Shown: positions 26,116 through 35,378 of the stretch, one piece after another
Numbering within the stretch: the first letter of the stretch is position 1
How the letters are laid out: every line of letters starts with the position of its first letter
Source of the DNA: a virus
Taxonomy: Duplodnaviria; Caudoviricetes
IMG/VR virus record: IMGVR_UViG_3300032260_000004
Span: 1-57,360 of that record
DNA length: 57,360 nucleotides
Direction: 5' to 3' (one strand)
Made by a program: the position numbers and the translations under genes
The notes under the pieces: generated by a model
Database searches by the model: none
Told to the model about the DNA's origin: nothing
Seen by the model: only the letters and a program-made list of their open reading frames with translations

Positions 26116-26970
26116 TCAGACCCCCAGCGCCTTCAGCGCGGCCTCGCACTGCTTCTCGTACTCGGTGGGGACGTGCTCAGTCGGCTCCACCTTCTCGTGC
26201 TTGATCGCCTTGCGGACCGGAACCTTCCGAGGCTCGTCGATCTCGACGTTCGTGATCTGGCTCACAGGGAACCAGTATTCGTTCGACTTCCGCTTCGGGT
26301 GCGTGATCCTGACGACATCGCCCTCGACCTTCAGCTTGTCGTCGGTGCGAGCTTCCTCGGTCCAGAACTCGATCTGATCGAGATCGTCGCCGAGCACGAG
26401 CCACGAGTATTGAACCAGCAGGCAGATCGCCTTCGGGGTGGCTTTCTTGATCTTGCCCCGGTAGCGGTAGTTCTCCGGCCGGTCCTTCGTGGACGGTGGT
26501 GCGAGGAAGCCCTTCTGCTCAGCGATCCACGGAGTAATCTCGATCGTCGCCATGCGGCCCTCGGCCTGCTCCAGCGAGCCGACGCCTTCGGGCTTCTCGC
26601 GCTCAGTCTGAGCCTTCCGGGGAGCCTGATCGAGATCGTCCTCGGCCTCGATCTGGGAGATCGGCAGCCACGTCTCGAACTCGGTGTCAGTGACGAGTCG
26701 AGCCTTCAGTGCGGCGATCGCCTCGGGGGAGGTGTCGGCGTTCCAGTCGATCCCGAGGTGGTCACAGCAGATCGGGCCGATACCGAGTTGCTGAGAGATC
26801 GCATGGGTGAGTTCGCGGTTGCAGTTCCAGCAGAAGACCGAGCCCTCGACCGCAGCGGATCCCTTCACGTGGATCGCCTTCTGCGTGCGCTCGATCACTT
26901 CCACGTCAACGATTCGCGGCAGGTTGTTCTTCGCCGCGAGCCACTTCCGGATCGTGATTCGTGTCGTCAT
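26116..26970 (-). CDS. DUF6011-like zinc-finger protein
   Basis: CWNCNRELTHAISQQLGIGPIC; first gene after promoter P3. Confidence 0.75.
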   Translation of the reverse strand: MTTRITIRKWLAAKNNLPRIVDVEVIERTQKAIHVKGSAAVEGSVFCWNCNRELTHAISQQLGIGPICCDHLGIDWNADTSPEAIAALKARLVTDTEFETWLPISQIEAEDDLDQAPRKAQTEREKPEGVGSLEQAEGRMATIEITPWIAEQKGFLAPPSTKDRPENYRYRGKIKKATPKAICLLVQYSWLVLGDDLDQIEFWTEEARTDDKLKVEGDVVRITHPKRKSNEYWFPVSQITNVEIDEPRKVPVRKAIKHEKVEPTEHVPTEYEKQCEAALKALGV

Positions 26971-26976
26971 CGGGTG

Positions 26977-27044
26977 CTCCGTGCTAGGGTCTGGTTGCTG
27001 CCCACACCACTAGTTTACACGGATACGTTCGACGTGTCAACCCC
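26977..27044 (-). promoter_or_regulatory. Promoter cassette P3
   Basis: TTGACA (27040-27035), 17-nt spacer, TAAACT (27017-27012); same leader ...CAGCAACCAGACCCTAGCACGGAG. Confidence 0.88.
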
Positions 27045-27051
27045 CCCCCGG

Positions 27052-30000
27052 CTATTGCCCGAAGGTTGGCGGGTCCGGCACTAGGTCGTCGGGATCGAAC
27101 CACGGCGCATCGTCTGACTGTTGCCAGAACTCGCGGACCTCGCGGATCAGGGCAGCCGCTTCGGCCGTGTGAATCGACTCCACGGAGACGGCGTAGTTGA
27201 GAGCGCTCTCCATCTCGTCAGGGCTGACGAGTCCGAGCGCTTCGAGGCGCTGGAGGAACTCCCACCAGTCGGCGTACCGGAACCTGCTTGGCTGCGGCTG
27301 GAGAAGGTTGAGCGTGGTCATGGGGCCACCGAGCACAACGACCTCGCCTTCGGTCATGGCACCGAACCCGGTCCACGGCGTAGCGAGGATCCGCTCCTTC
27401 GGCACGACGGCGATCGAGAGGAAGCCCCGCCTGAACTCGTCGAGCGACCGGGCGTAGCTGGTCGCCGTCTGCGGGTCGAAGCTGAAGCTGTTGGCGGGCT
27501 GCCACTGGACGGATCGTGCCCGCCCGAGGAAGCTCGCCACGCGCTCCGCCTCTTCGGGCGGTGGCTTCATGCCGCGCATGACGACGACGTACTCGCCGGG
27601 GATCCGCTGCTGCGTGGCTTCGTACATGCCGTCGAGCATGGCGTCGAGCAGGTCCTTCGAGTCCCGGTAGATCTTCTCCCCGAGGTTTATGTTCTCTCTG
27701 GCCTGCTCCCGCGCCTCGGCGATCGCTGCGGCGTAGCGCACGTCATCGACCACCGTGAACGTCTTCAGGAACTCGGCGAAAGCACCCTCTTCCTGCATGA
27801 GCGCGAGCGCGTACTGCGGCTTCTCGATCACGTAGTCGATAAGCTCCTGAGCAACCGCCGTCTGCGTGTGCTTGATCCTGCCGTAGACGACGCGGGCGTC
27901 CGCAGCGAACGCCGTCTCGGCTCGCCGGCCCAGTTCCCTGTAGCGCCGCAGCCGCTTCAGCACCTCGGGCGAGAGAGCCTGACCGTACTGCGCCTCGATC
28001 TCACGGAGCGCCTTCCGGGCCGCTCGGTCGCCGGGTGACGTGTTCACGGCCGCGAGGCGCTCGTTGTAGACCTTCGTGAGCGGCCTCCGGTACTCGGTCA
28101 GGTCCGGCAGGCCACGGAAGCCCATGTGCGACATCGCCGGCCGCTTCACGTCGAAGTGTGACCGGATGGCGAACTGCGTGGCGATCGCATGCGGCGTGCC
28201 GGACGAGGATCCAGACCAGCCGTCCACGATGCGGGTCACGGCACGTTCGACCTCGATGCGCGTGCTGACACGCCGGAGCACGGAGAACCGCTGAGCGCCG
28301 GAGAGATTCTGAAGCCAGATGTAGGGCGCGTGCTCGTGCGTCTCCGCCAGCCGGGCGAAGAGCCGGTTCTCGTCGATCCGGCTGAGCGGCTGACCGCCGA
28401 ACGCGGTCGCCCGCAGGTACTCTTCAGCGAGCAGGCGATCACGGACACTCTCCCAGTCGATCTCGTAGCTACCGCCCGCAGGGTAGATCCGGGCTGCGGA
28501 ACGGGGCTGCCCCTCGACAGCCAGCAGCTTCACTACGTCGTCGATCTCACCCGCGTCGAGCCGCCTCTGAATCGCCTCGCGCATCGCGATCTGAGCAGCG
28601 ACCTGAGCGTCTGTCAGGTGTGTGGTGATCGCGCTCGGGATGAAGGCATCACGGCGTCCCTCCCGAAGCGCGTCCAGCAGGTCGCGTGCCCATGCCTCGT
28701 AGTCGTTCTCACTGATCCCGAACAGGACGGAAGCCACGCCGCCCTGAGACGCATCGTATAGCTCGGGCTGGCGTGCGCTCGGTACGCCGCCTCGGATGTC
28801 CTGAATCTTGCTCGGTGGCCGGAGCGCTGGCCCGCCCTCGACCCACAGGATCCCCTCGCCCACGAAGTCCTCGATCTTCGGGACCTCGACGAGCCTGCGG
28901 TTCCGTTCCTTCAGGAAGTCGCGAGCGCCCTCGCGATCGAAGAACCGGCCACGGCTCGACACGAACCCGGCCGTCCAGTCGCCAGCCCGCCCCGGCAGCT
29001 TCTTGGCAAGCTCGACGTGGATAGCACCATATTCCCAGATGATCTCCCCCGTCTTCCGGTTCCGGAACGCCACCGCGTCGATGAACTCACCGACGAGCCT
29101 CGGGTCCGGATCGACGGCCGCCGTGAAAGCCGGCGTGACGCTCACCCCTACCAACTCCGGCAACTCGCCCCGCTTGACGACGATCGGCACGGTGGTCAGG
29201 TCGAGTTGTACGGCAGCAGCCAGCCGGTGAGCGCCGTCGTCCACGACCATGACGCCGGTATCGAGATCGACCGTGATCTGGATCGGCTGCTTGATCCCAT
29301 CCTTCTTGATACTGGCGAGCAGGGCAGCGCTCGGCCGGGTGGATGGCTCCAGTAGTGGCAGCAAGTCGTCCACACGCGCGACCTGTGCCGCGTCCGCTGC
29401 GCTCGTGCCGATCGCATAGCGCTGAGGGAACGCCGCCTCGGCCACCTCGTCCCAGATCGCGCCTACACCGTCCGTATCGAGAGCGCGCAGCACGTCGAGC
29501 GACCGCTGCCGCTGGATCCGGTGCTTCGCCATGATCCGGAGCGAGCCCGGTACGCTGGCCGCACGGCCGCCCATGCCCCGGATGTACTCCTGCGCCCGGC
29601 CTCGCGTGAACCACTCATTCAACTGGTCGGCGAGTACCGTCTCGACCCACCGATCGCCTGCCGTAGCGTCCACGAAGCCGACGACGTTGAGGATCTCCTT
29701 CTCGAAGGCCCGTGCGTAGGTGAGCGCCTGCGCCTCCGTCATCTCGCCGAGCGCGATCGACTCGCCGAGGTCGCGGGCCGTCTCCAGCGGTAGGATCGGA
29801 TTGTCGCGATCTAGCGGCCCGCCCATGCGCCTCAGCTTCGGCAACGTCTCGGCTCGGAACTCAGCGACCTCAGCAGCCAGCCAGTCGCGGATCTCGTCGA
29901 GGCCCTCGGCCGCTTCGTCGAGGTAGCGGTTCGCCTGTGCTGCCCACTGCTGCTTGTCCATCTTCGAGAACAGGACCGCGAGGGCGTTCGCCCGCTTCGC

Positions 30001-33000
30001 GTTCTCGATCGCCTCTTCCATCGACTCACGGAAGAACCGAGGGCTCATCCACTTTTCGAGGGGCTCCCAGCGCGCGTCTCGCTGTACGGCCCGGTCGATC
30101 CGCTGGAACCACCGCCTCAGTTCTTCCAGTCGGCGGCCCACGTCCGCGCCCTCGTTCGTGAAGGCATCGGCCAGCACGTCCGCTTCGGCGACAAGCTGCG
30201 CTCGGATCTCCTGTAGGATCGCCGGCTGCCCAGCATCGAGTTGAATCGCGTTCGTATACTCGATGATCTCGTCGATGTCGTTCACATCAACGTGCGGACC
30301 AGTCTTCGGGACGACGCGCGGCACCCGCTTGTAGTCGTAGCCGCGACTGGCGGCGAACCGAACGCTCTGCTCGTGTGAGATCAACTCGAACGCCTCAAAC
30401 CTCGTGATCGCATCGAGGCGTTCCTCCACGGGAAGCAGGTGCCGGCGCGACTCATCGAAGATCACGATGTTCTCGCGATAGACCCGCTCGGCGATCTCCT
30501 GCTGAAGCCGGTACCACTCCTGCTCCGCCTTCGACGGAAAGAGCGTTGTCGTCTGGTCGAAGTCGGCCTCGCCCACCGCCTCGCCGAACTTCCGCTTGCG
30601 CGACACCTCAAAGGTGTACTTCCGACTGAAGACGATCGCCGTTGCCGGCTCCCAGCGGTGGATCTGCTCCCAGTCCGAGATTGACAGCGCCACGCTGGCG
30701 ACATGTGACGGGTGATTGTGAACGACGACGCCGCCCCTCATGAGCGCCGAGTCGGCTTCGGTCAGCGTGACGGTTCCACCGATACCCGCGCGGTAGACCA
30801 CCGGCTTGCCGTCGGGTCGGAAGACGAAGGCGTGTTCGATCGGCTGCTTGATGAGAAAGCCCTCGGCGATCGAGATATTGATAGCGAGTTGCGCTGGCCC
30901 CGGATCGCCGAAACGAGGAAGACGACGAGGCGGAAGGAACGGCCCGGACCGGATCTCCGTCAGCCACTCGTTCATGTCCTCCATCGCGATGTAGAAGGCG
31001 TCCGTATCGAACTCCAGCCGCTCCGGGACCTCGATTCCCGCCAGACGCGCGGCCTGCACGGTGGCAGCCCAGTCGATCGGCATCGACCAGCGCTCGGTCA
31101 GTGCAGCGATGTCGTCCGGCGCGAGGCCCAGCCCCTCGCGGTACGTGTCGATCAGGAGCTTCACGTCGTCGGCCTTCACGCGAGCGCCGGCCACTACGTC
31201 ACTCCCTAGCTTCTTGAACCGTTCCTTCAGGGACGTGCTAAGCGCTGCCGGTGCGGCGACTCGCTGCCACCACTGGCCGGTCGTCCGCTTCAGGTCGTAG
31301 ATCCACGAGTCGTCGATCCCGACGCCCACACCGATCGCGCCCCACGGAGTGCCCTCGCCACCGATCGCGTTGTACGCCTCATCCCAGCTTTCGATGAAGC
31401 CGCTGGAGGTGGCCCGGCCTGTGGTGAGGCCCAGTGCATCGCCAGTCGCTCGCAACTCAAGGGACGATGGCGGCCTCTGGTGGTAGAGGCTCCAGTCGAA
31501 GTCGGGGTCGATCTCCACGCTGTAGTCAAAGTCGTAGAGTTCGGCCCACTCCTCCCACGTCTGATCTCGGACCCACGCATCGTACTGCTTGTCCAGCAGG
31601 GCTCTAGTCTCGCCTGCGAGCCGAGCTTCCTTCCATGCGTCGTAGTCGCGGAAAACGATCCAGCGCGTGTCGTCCGGACCGGGCCATGTCGGGCTTGACG
31701 GTCGGTACTCGTCAAGCGTGCCGGTCGGCCACTTGTTCTCCAGCGCGATCTTCTGGTGGATGTCGTCCCAGACCCGCTTACCGGGTCGGCCGTCGCGGAC
31801 GTGACTCACGCCGTCCTTCCAGAGCTTCGACCGGAAGTCTGGGCCGTCAGGCTTCGGCTTCAGCCAGAAGGTTGCCGGTCCGCAGGTGACGACTTCCTCG
31901 AACGGCGTCCACTTCGTAAAGGCTGTGTTGATGTCCCGCTTCGAGAACGACCAGAGCGCGAGCGTTTCGGGGTCCTCGTAGCGCACCGCGAAGACGGGGT
32001 GATTGTGGTGGATCCTCTTCCCATTGAAGAAGCGCCGGCCCACCGTGGGGGTTATGCTGGTCATGTCGCCTTCGCTGTAGTAGACGACCCTCCCAGTCTG
32101 CCGGTCGATCGAGGTCAGGTGCTCGTTGTACTGTCGAGCGCTCCACACCTTCAGCGCATCGGTCAGCTTATCGAGGTTGCCGTTCGCGGCGACCGGATAG
32201 GGCTCCGGATCCGCGTACTTGGTCAGGCCGAAGCCTTCGCGATCGCCGTGTCGCATATGCCAGCCGACCCCGAACGTCGGCAGTGAGACGCCAGCCGTAG
32301 CGCCGGCACGGTTGACGCCGAATAGCTTCTGTGAGATCCGGAGCGCTGCGCCCATCTCCACCAGCTTCAGGATTCGGGACAGGTAGGCGTCCGCCGATTC
32401 GCCGGCTCCGGCGATCCCGGTGAGCACACGGCCGATCACAGGTACGTCCACACCGATCGCGGAGAGCGCTCTGTCCACCAGCCGGCTCTGAACCGCACGG
32501 TCCACGCCTGTCGCCCGGCCGGCCACCGTAGCTGCGGTGCGGCCGACACCCGGTCCGCGTCGTGGAGTCTTCGCGATCCTTCGGCTCTCACCGATCCCGA
32601 TCGCCTGCCGGAGCGACTCGCCCTCGGATCGCGAGAGCTTCTCCCTGCGGATCACCTTCTTCAGTGAGATCTGGAGTTCGGGACCCGGCTTCTTCGGCTT
32701 GTCCCAGTCCTCGACGGGCCGTAGCTGGTGCGTGAGGAAGCACAGGCAGCGCGGGTGTGGCCGGGCCGGGATCGCATCGGTCGGGTAGACGCCCGCGCCG
32801 AGTCCGTACAGGTCGGCCTCAGCGAGCACGTCACACGAGTCTCGCTTGGAGTGCCGGTGGCTGCGGTTCCACTTCACCGTCTCGACGACAGGTGACTCGT
32901 CCGCTGCGATCGAGTTCGCCTCGTGCTCAGCGTTCGACGCCTCGGTACGTGCGATCAGGCGCGCCCTCCGTGAGACGAGCCCGGCCTGCTTCCTGACGGC

Positions 33001-33615
33001 GGCCACCTCGGTTGTCGTGGGATCCTCGATCCCGAGGTACTTCTCCAGCGTTTGCTTCCCGATCAGCCGGCGATCGAGCAGAAGCTCGGGCGGGATGTCC
33101 TCTGACCCACGCACCAGCAGCCGGAGTTGCTTCTCGACGCTCCGGTTGTCCGTACCACGAAGCGCAGCGGTAGCGAGGATCTGCTCTGCTGCCCTGTCAG
33201 CGTCCCTGCGGAGTGTGGCGAAGGTGGAGGCGTACCCGTCGCGTGCGAGGACGGCCTGCGTCGCGCGAGTCCCTACACCGCCCAGTTGCGCGGCGACGGC
33301 ATCCGGGTCGAACCCAGCCTCGGCGATCACTTCGGCCGTGGCCTCGGCCTGCATCTGGGCCATCGTGCGAGCTTGCAGGTCGGACGAGCGGATCGTGGAG
33401 CGGGCGAGTTCCTCGTTCAGCCGGTGCAGGATCGCCTTCACTTCGCGCTGAGTCGCTGCCTGTGACGACGTGGCCCGCCCCGACTGCATGAGTTTGCTCA
33501 GGTCGTCGGCGTACTGCTCCAGTAGGTTCGCCAACTCACGCTGCTGCTTCCGAGAGAGCGCGAGCGAGGTGCGGCGTGCGGCCCCGACGCGCTTCTGATA
33601 CGCGGATCTTGGCAT
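27052..33615 (-). CDS. MuF (SPP1 gp7-like head morphogenesis) polyvalent protein, 2187 aa, with two JAB-like, one ParB-like and one ADP-ribosyltransferase-like domain
   Basis: Follows the portal gene. MuF motifs LIARTE and HPRCLC; two E..HNHP..S..D motifs; DGIKQPI..DDGAHRL; VMRG..NSFS..EGEVVV. Confidence 0.85.
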   Translation of the reverse strand: MPRSAYQKRVGAARRTSLALSRKQQRELANLLEQYADDLSKLMQSGRATSSQAATQREVKAILHRLNEELARSTIRSSDLQARTMAQMQAEATAEVIAEAGFDPDAVAAQLGGVGTRATQAVLARDGYASTFATLRRDADRAAEQILATAALRGTDNRSVEKQLRLLVRGSEDIPPELLLDRRLIGKQTLEKYLGIEDPTTTEVAAVRKQAGLVSRRARLIARTEASNAEHEANSIAADESPVVETVKWNRSHRHSKRDSCDVLAEADLYGLGAGVYPTDAIPARPHPRCLCFLTHQLRPVEDWDKPKKPGPELQISLKKVIRREKLSRSEGESLRQAIGIGESRRIAKTPRRGPGVGRTAATVAGRATGVDRAVQSRLVDRALSAIGVDVPVIGRVLTGIAGAGESADAYLSRILKLVEMGAALRISQKLFGVNRAGATAGVSLPTFGVGWHMRHGDREGFGLTKYADPEPYPVAANGNLDKLTDALKVWSARQYNEHLTSIDRQTGRVVYYSEGDMTSITPTVGRRFFNGKRIHHNHPVFAVRYEDPETLALWSFSKRDINTAFTKWTPFEEVVTCGPATFWLKPKPDGPDFRSKLWKDGVSHVRDGRPGKRVWDDIHQKIALENKWPTGTLDEYRPSSPTWPGPDDTRWIVFRDYDAWKEARLAGETRALLDKQYDAWVRDQTWEEWAELYDFDYSVEIDPDFDWSLYHQRPPSSLELRATGDALGLTTGRATSSGFIESWDEAYNAIGGEGTPWGAIGVGVGIDDSWIYDLKRTTGQWWQRVAAPAALSTSLKERFKKLGSDVVAGARVKADDVKLLIDTYREGLGLAPDDIAALTERWSMPIDWAATVQAARLAGIEVPERLEFDTDAFYIAMEDMNEWLTEIRSGPFLPPRRLPRFGDPGPAQLAINISIAEGFLIKQPIEHAFVFRPDGKPVVYRAGIGGTVTLTEADSALMRGGVVVHNHPSHVASVALSISDWEQIHRWEPATAIVFSRKYTFEVSRKRKFGEAVGEADFDQTTTLFPSKAEQEWYRLQQEIAERVYRENIVIFDESRRHLLPVEERLDAITRFEAFELISHEQSVRFAASRGYDYKRVPRVVPKTGPHVDVNDIDEIIEYTNAIQLDAGQPAILQEIRAQLVAEADVLADAFTNEGADVGRRLEELRRWFQRIDRAVQRDARWEPLEKWMSPRFFRESMEEAIENAKRANALAVLFSKMDKQQWAAQANRYLDEAAEGLDEIRDWLAAEVAEFRAETLPKLRRMGGPLDRDNPILPLETARDLGESIALGEMTEAQALTYARAFEKEILNVVGFVDATAGDRWVETVLADQLNEWFTRGRAQEYIRGMGGRAASVPGSLRIMAKHRIQRQRSLDVLRALDTDGVGAIWDEVAEAAFPQRYAIGTSAADAAQVARVDDLLPLLEPSTRPSAALLASIKKDGIKQPIQITVDLDTGVMVVDDGAHRLAAAVQLDLTTVPIVVKRGELPELVGVSVTPAFTAAVDPDPRLVGEFIDAVAFRNRKTGEIIWEYGAIHVELAKKLPGRAGDWTAGFVSSRGRFFDREGARDFLKERNRRLVEVPKIEDFVGEGILWVEGGPALRPPSKIQDIRGGVPSARQPELYDASQGGVASVLFGISENDYEAWARDLLDALREGRRDAFIPSAITTHLTDAQVAAQIAMREAIQRRLDAGEIDDVVKLLAVEGQPRSAARIYPAGGSYEIDWESVRDRLLAEEYLRATAFGGQPLSRIDENRLFARLAETHEHAPYIWLQNLSGAQRFSVLRRVSTRIEVERAVTRIVDGWSGSSSGTPHAIATQFAIRSHFDVKRPAMSHMGFRGLPDLTEYRRPLTKVYNERLAAVNTSPGDRAARKALREIEAQYGQALSPEVLKRLRRYRELGRRAETAFAADARVVYGRIKHTQTAVAQELIDYVIEKPQYALALMQEEGAFAEFLKTFTVVDDVRYAAAIAEAREQARENINLGEKIYRDSKDLLDAMLDGMYEATQQRIPGEYVVVMRGMKPPPEEAERVASFLGRARSVQWQPANSFSFDPQTATSYARSLDEFRRGFLSIAVVPKERILATPWTGFGAMTEGEVVVLGGPMTTLNLLQPQPSRFRYADWWEFLQRLEALGLVSPDEMESALNYAVSVESIHTAEAAALIREVREFWQQSDDAPWFDPDDLVPDPPTFGQ

Positions 33616-33622
33616 CTACCGC

Positions 33623-35368
33623 TCACGGCACCTCTATGGCGAGACTGGGCGCACCGCCCGCCTCTTCGGCTGCGATCGCTCCGGAGATGATGTCCTCGAC
33701 TTCGCGTTCCTCGGCACTCTGTGCGCTGGCCTGCGTCTTCGCGGTCTGGTTGACCTCGGCGCTCTGCCTGAGTTCGGCCTCGATCGCTTCCTCGACCACA
33801 TCGTCTGTCGCGAGCCCCTTGTTCCTGACGGCGGCCATCACGGCGCGCGTCGTCAGGGTCGGGCTCTCCACACCGGCCAGCACGAGAAGCTCGAACAGTT
33901 CCCGGATCGAGTCGATCAGCGGGGTGAGTTCGTACTCGCGCGGCCACTCGACGGAACCGCTCGGCTTCGCGTTCCCGAACCTCATCTCGATGAAGTGGAT
34001 CGCCGTGTTCTGGGCCTGCTCCAGTTCGCTCGCCATGAGGGCCAGTCGTGGGGCTCTGACATCGGCGAATCCGGCCTGCTTGGAAGCGCCGGACGACTCG
34101 GGCGTACTGGTCGCTTCGAGTGCCGCCAGTTGACGCGCCTCTTCGAGCTTGCGGCCGAGCCGCGTCTCGAAGGTCTGAGCGACCACCGCCCCGGTCGATC
34201 CGTCGTAGATCGACGGCACGTTCCCGGTCTTCTTGTTGACCGGCACGGGCACCGTCTTCGACCCGCCCTTCATCTTCTCGACGGCGAGGTTGTAGCCCTC
34301 GGTGTCCACGCCGAGAAGGAACTGCATCGACTGAGCGGCGTCCCACACGTCGAAGTCGGCGGCACTGGACAGGTTCATGTAGGCGATCGCCGCCTGCGAG
34401 ATCTCCACGGTACCGGATCGGCTCATGGCTGCGTGCTCGGGGGTGCTCTTCGCTCGCTCGTAGAACAGCGGCCACAGCGGGATCTCGCCCTTCGTACCCC
34501 CCCAGTCGCCTCGTGCGTCGTCCGGCTCGATCTCTTCGGCTTCGTCGCGAGTCGAAGATTCCTCCCACATCGGCTTCTGGTCGGCATCGAACCGGAACCA
34601 GCCACCGCCAGCGAACTCGTCGCCTAGCCCGGCGAAGCCCTTCGTCGTCATGAGCAGGTAGCGCATCTCGGGGTCGTTGCCCTCCAGCCGGCCCTTCTCG
34701 ATGCGCGGGTTCCGCTCGTGGTAGACGATCACGGCAAACTGAAGCCGGCCGTTGGCGATGAACCAGTTGGTCACGTCGAGCGGCGAATACTCCACGAGGT
34801 AGGGCCGCTTGCCCTCGATCTCGTCGGCCCGTGTCTCCGGTGCGTCCACAGGCGACTCGGCCATGATCCAGCGGTGCCCGGTCGCCATCGCGTGCTGCAT
34901 GGCGGTGGCCCAGAAGTTGTCCCACTGGGAGCCGTCGTTCCCTACACCGTCAGCGTTGTAGTAGATCAGTTCGGCCTGCGACGGCTCGCCGTCGTCTTCG
35001 GTGGAGATCTCACCGAGCGTACCGAAGTCGAGCCCTTCCTCGGGTGTGGGCCGCTTCCGCATGAGGTGCCCGACGATCGTGGTGGCGAACAGGTCGCCGA
35101 AGTTGATGTAGACCGCCTGCCGCTGCCTCATCGAGTAGTGGTCCTGCTCGTTCCTCCGGAACAGGCCGACCTCGCGCATGGCTTGGATCTGTTGCTCTTC
35201 CAGCCCTGCTTCAGCCACACTCGCCGCTGCACCGACCTCCCAGTCGAACTCGCGTAGCTCGTTGAGCACCGGCTCCCCGCCGTAGAAGCGCGTCTCCATC
35301 CGCCGCCACATGTTCTCGTTCGCGGTATAGATCGGATGCTTCATCCCCAGCCACTCGTAGCGTGCCAT
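33623..35368 (-). CDS. Portal protein
   Basis: 581 aa directly after terL; RPYLVEYSPLDVTNW and ESSGAS motifs. Confidence 0.85.
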   Translation of the reverse strand: MARYEWLGMKHPIYTANENMWRRMETRFYGGEPVLNELREFDWEVGAAASVAEAGLEEQQIQAMREVGLFRRNEQDHYSMRQRQAVYINFGDLFATTIVGHLMRKRPTPEEGLDFGTLGEISTEDDGEPSQAELIYYNADGVGNDGSQWDNFWATAMQHAMATGHRWIMAESPVDAPETRADEIEGKRPYLVEYSPLDVTNWFIANGRLQFAVIVYHERNPRIEKGRLEGNDPEMRYLLMTTKGFAGLGDEFAGGGWFRFDADQKPMWEESSTRDEAEEIEPDDARGDWGGTKGEIPLWPLFYERAKSTPEHAAMSRSGTVEISQAAIAYMNLSSAADFDVWDAAQSMQFLLGVDTEGYNLAVEKMKGGSKTVPVPVNKKTGNVPSIYDGSTGAVVAQTFETRLGRKLEEARQLAALEATSTPESSGASKQAGFADVRAPRLALMASELEQAQNTAIHFIEMRFGNAKPSGSVEWPREYELTPLIDSIRELFELLVLAGVESPTLTTRAVMAAVRNKGLATDDVVEEAIEAELRQSAEVNQTAKTQASAQSAEEREVEDIISGAIAAEEAGGAPSLAIEVP

Positions 35369-35378
35369 CGGTCAGTCC

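Noticed and set aside
33498-34925. 475-aa alternate-frame ORF within the portal gene
   Set aside because: Same-strand frame shadow with Arg/Gly-biased composition.
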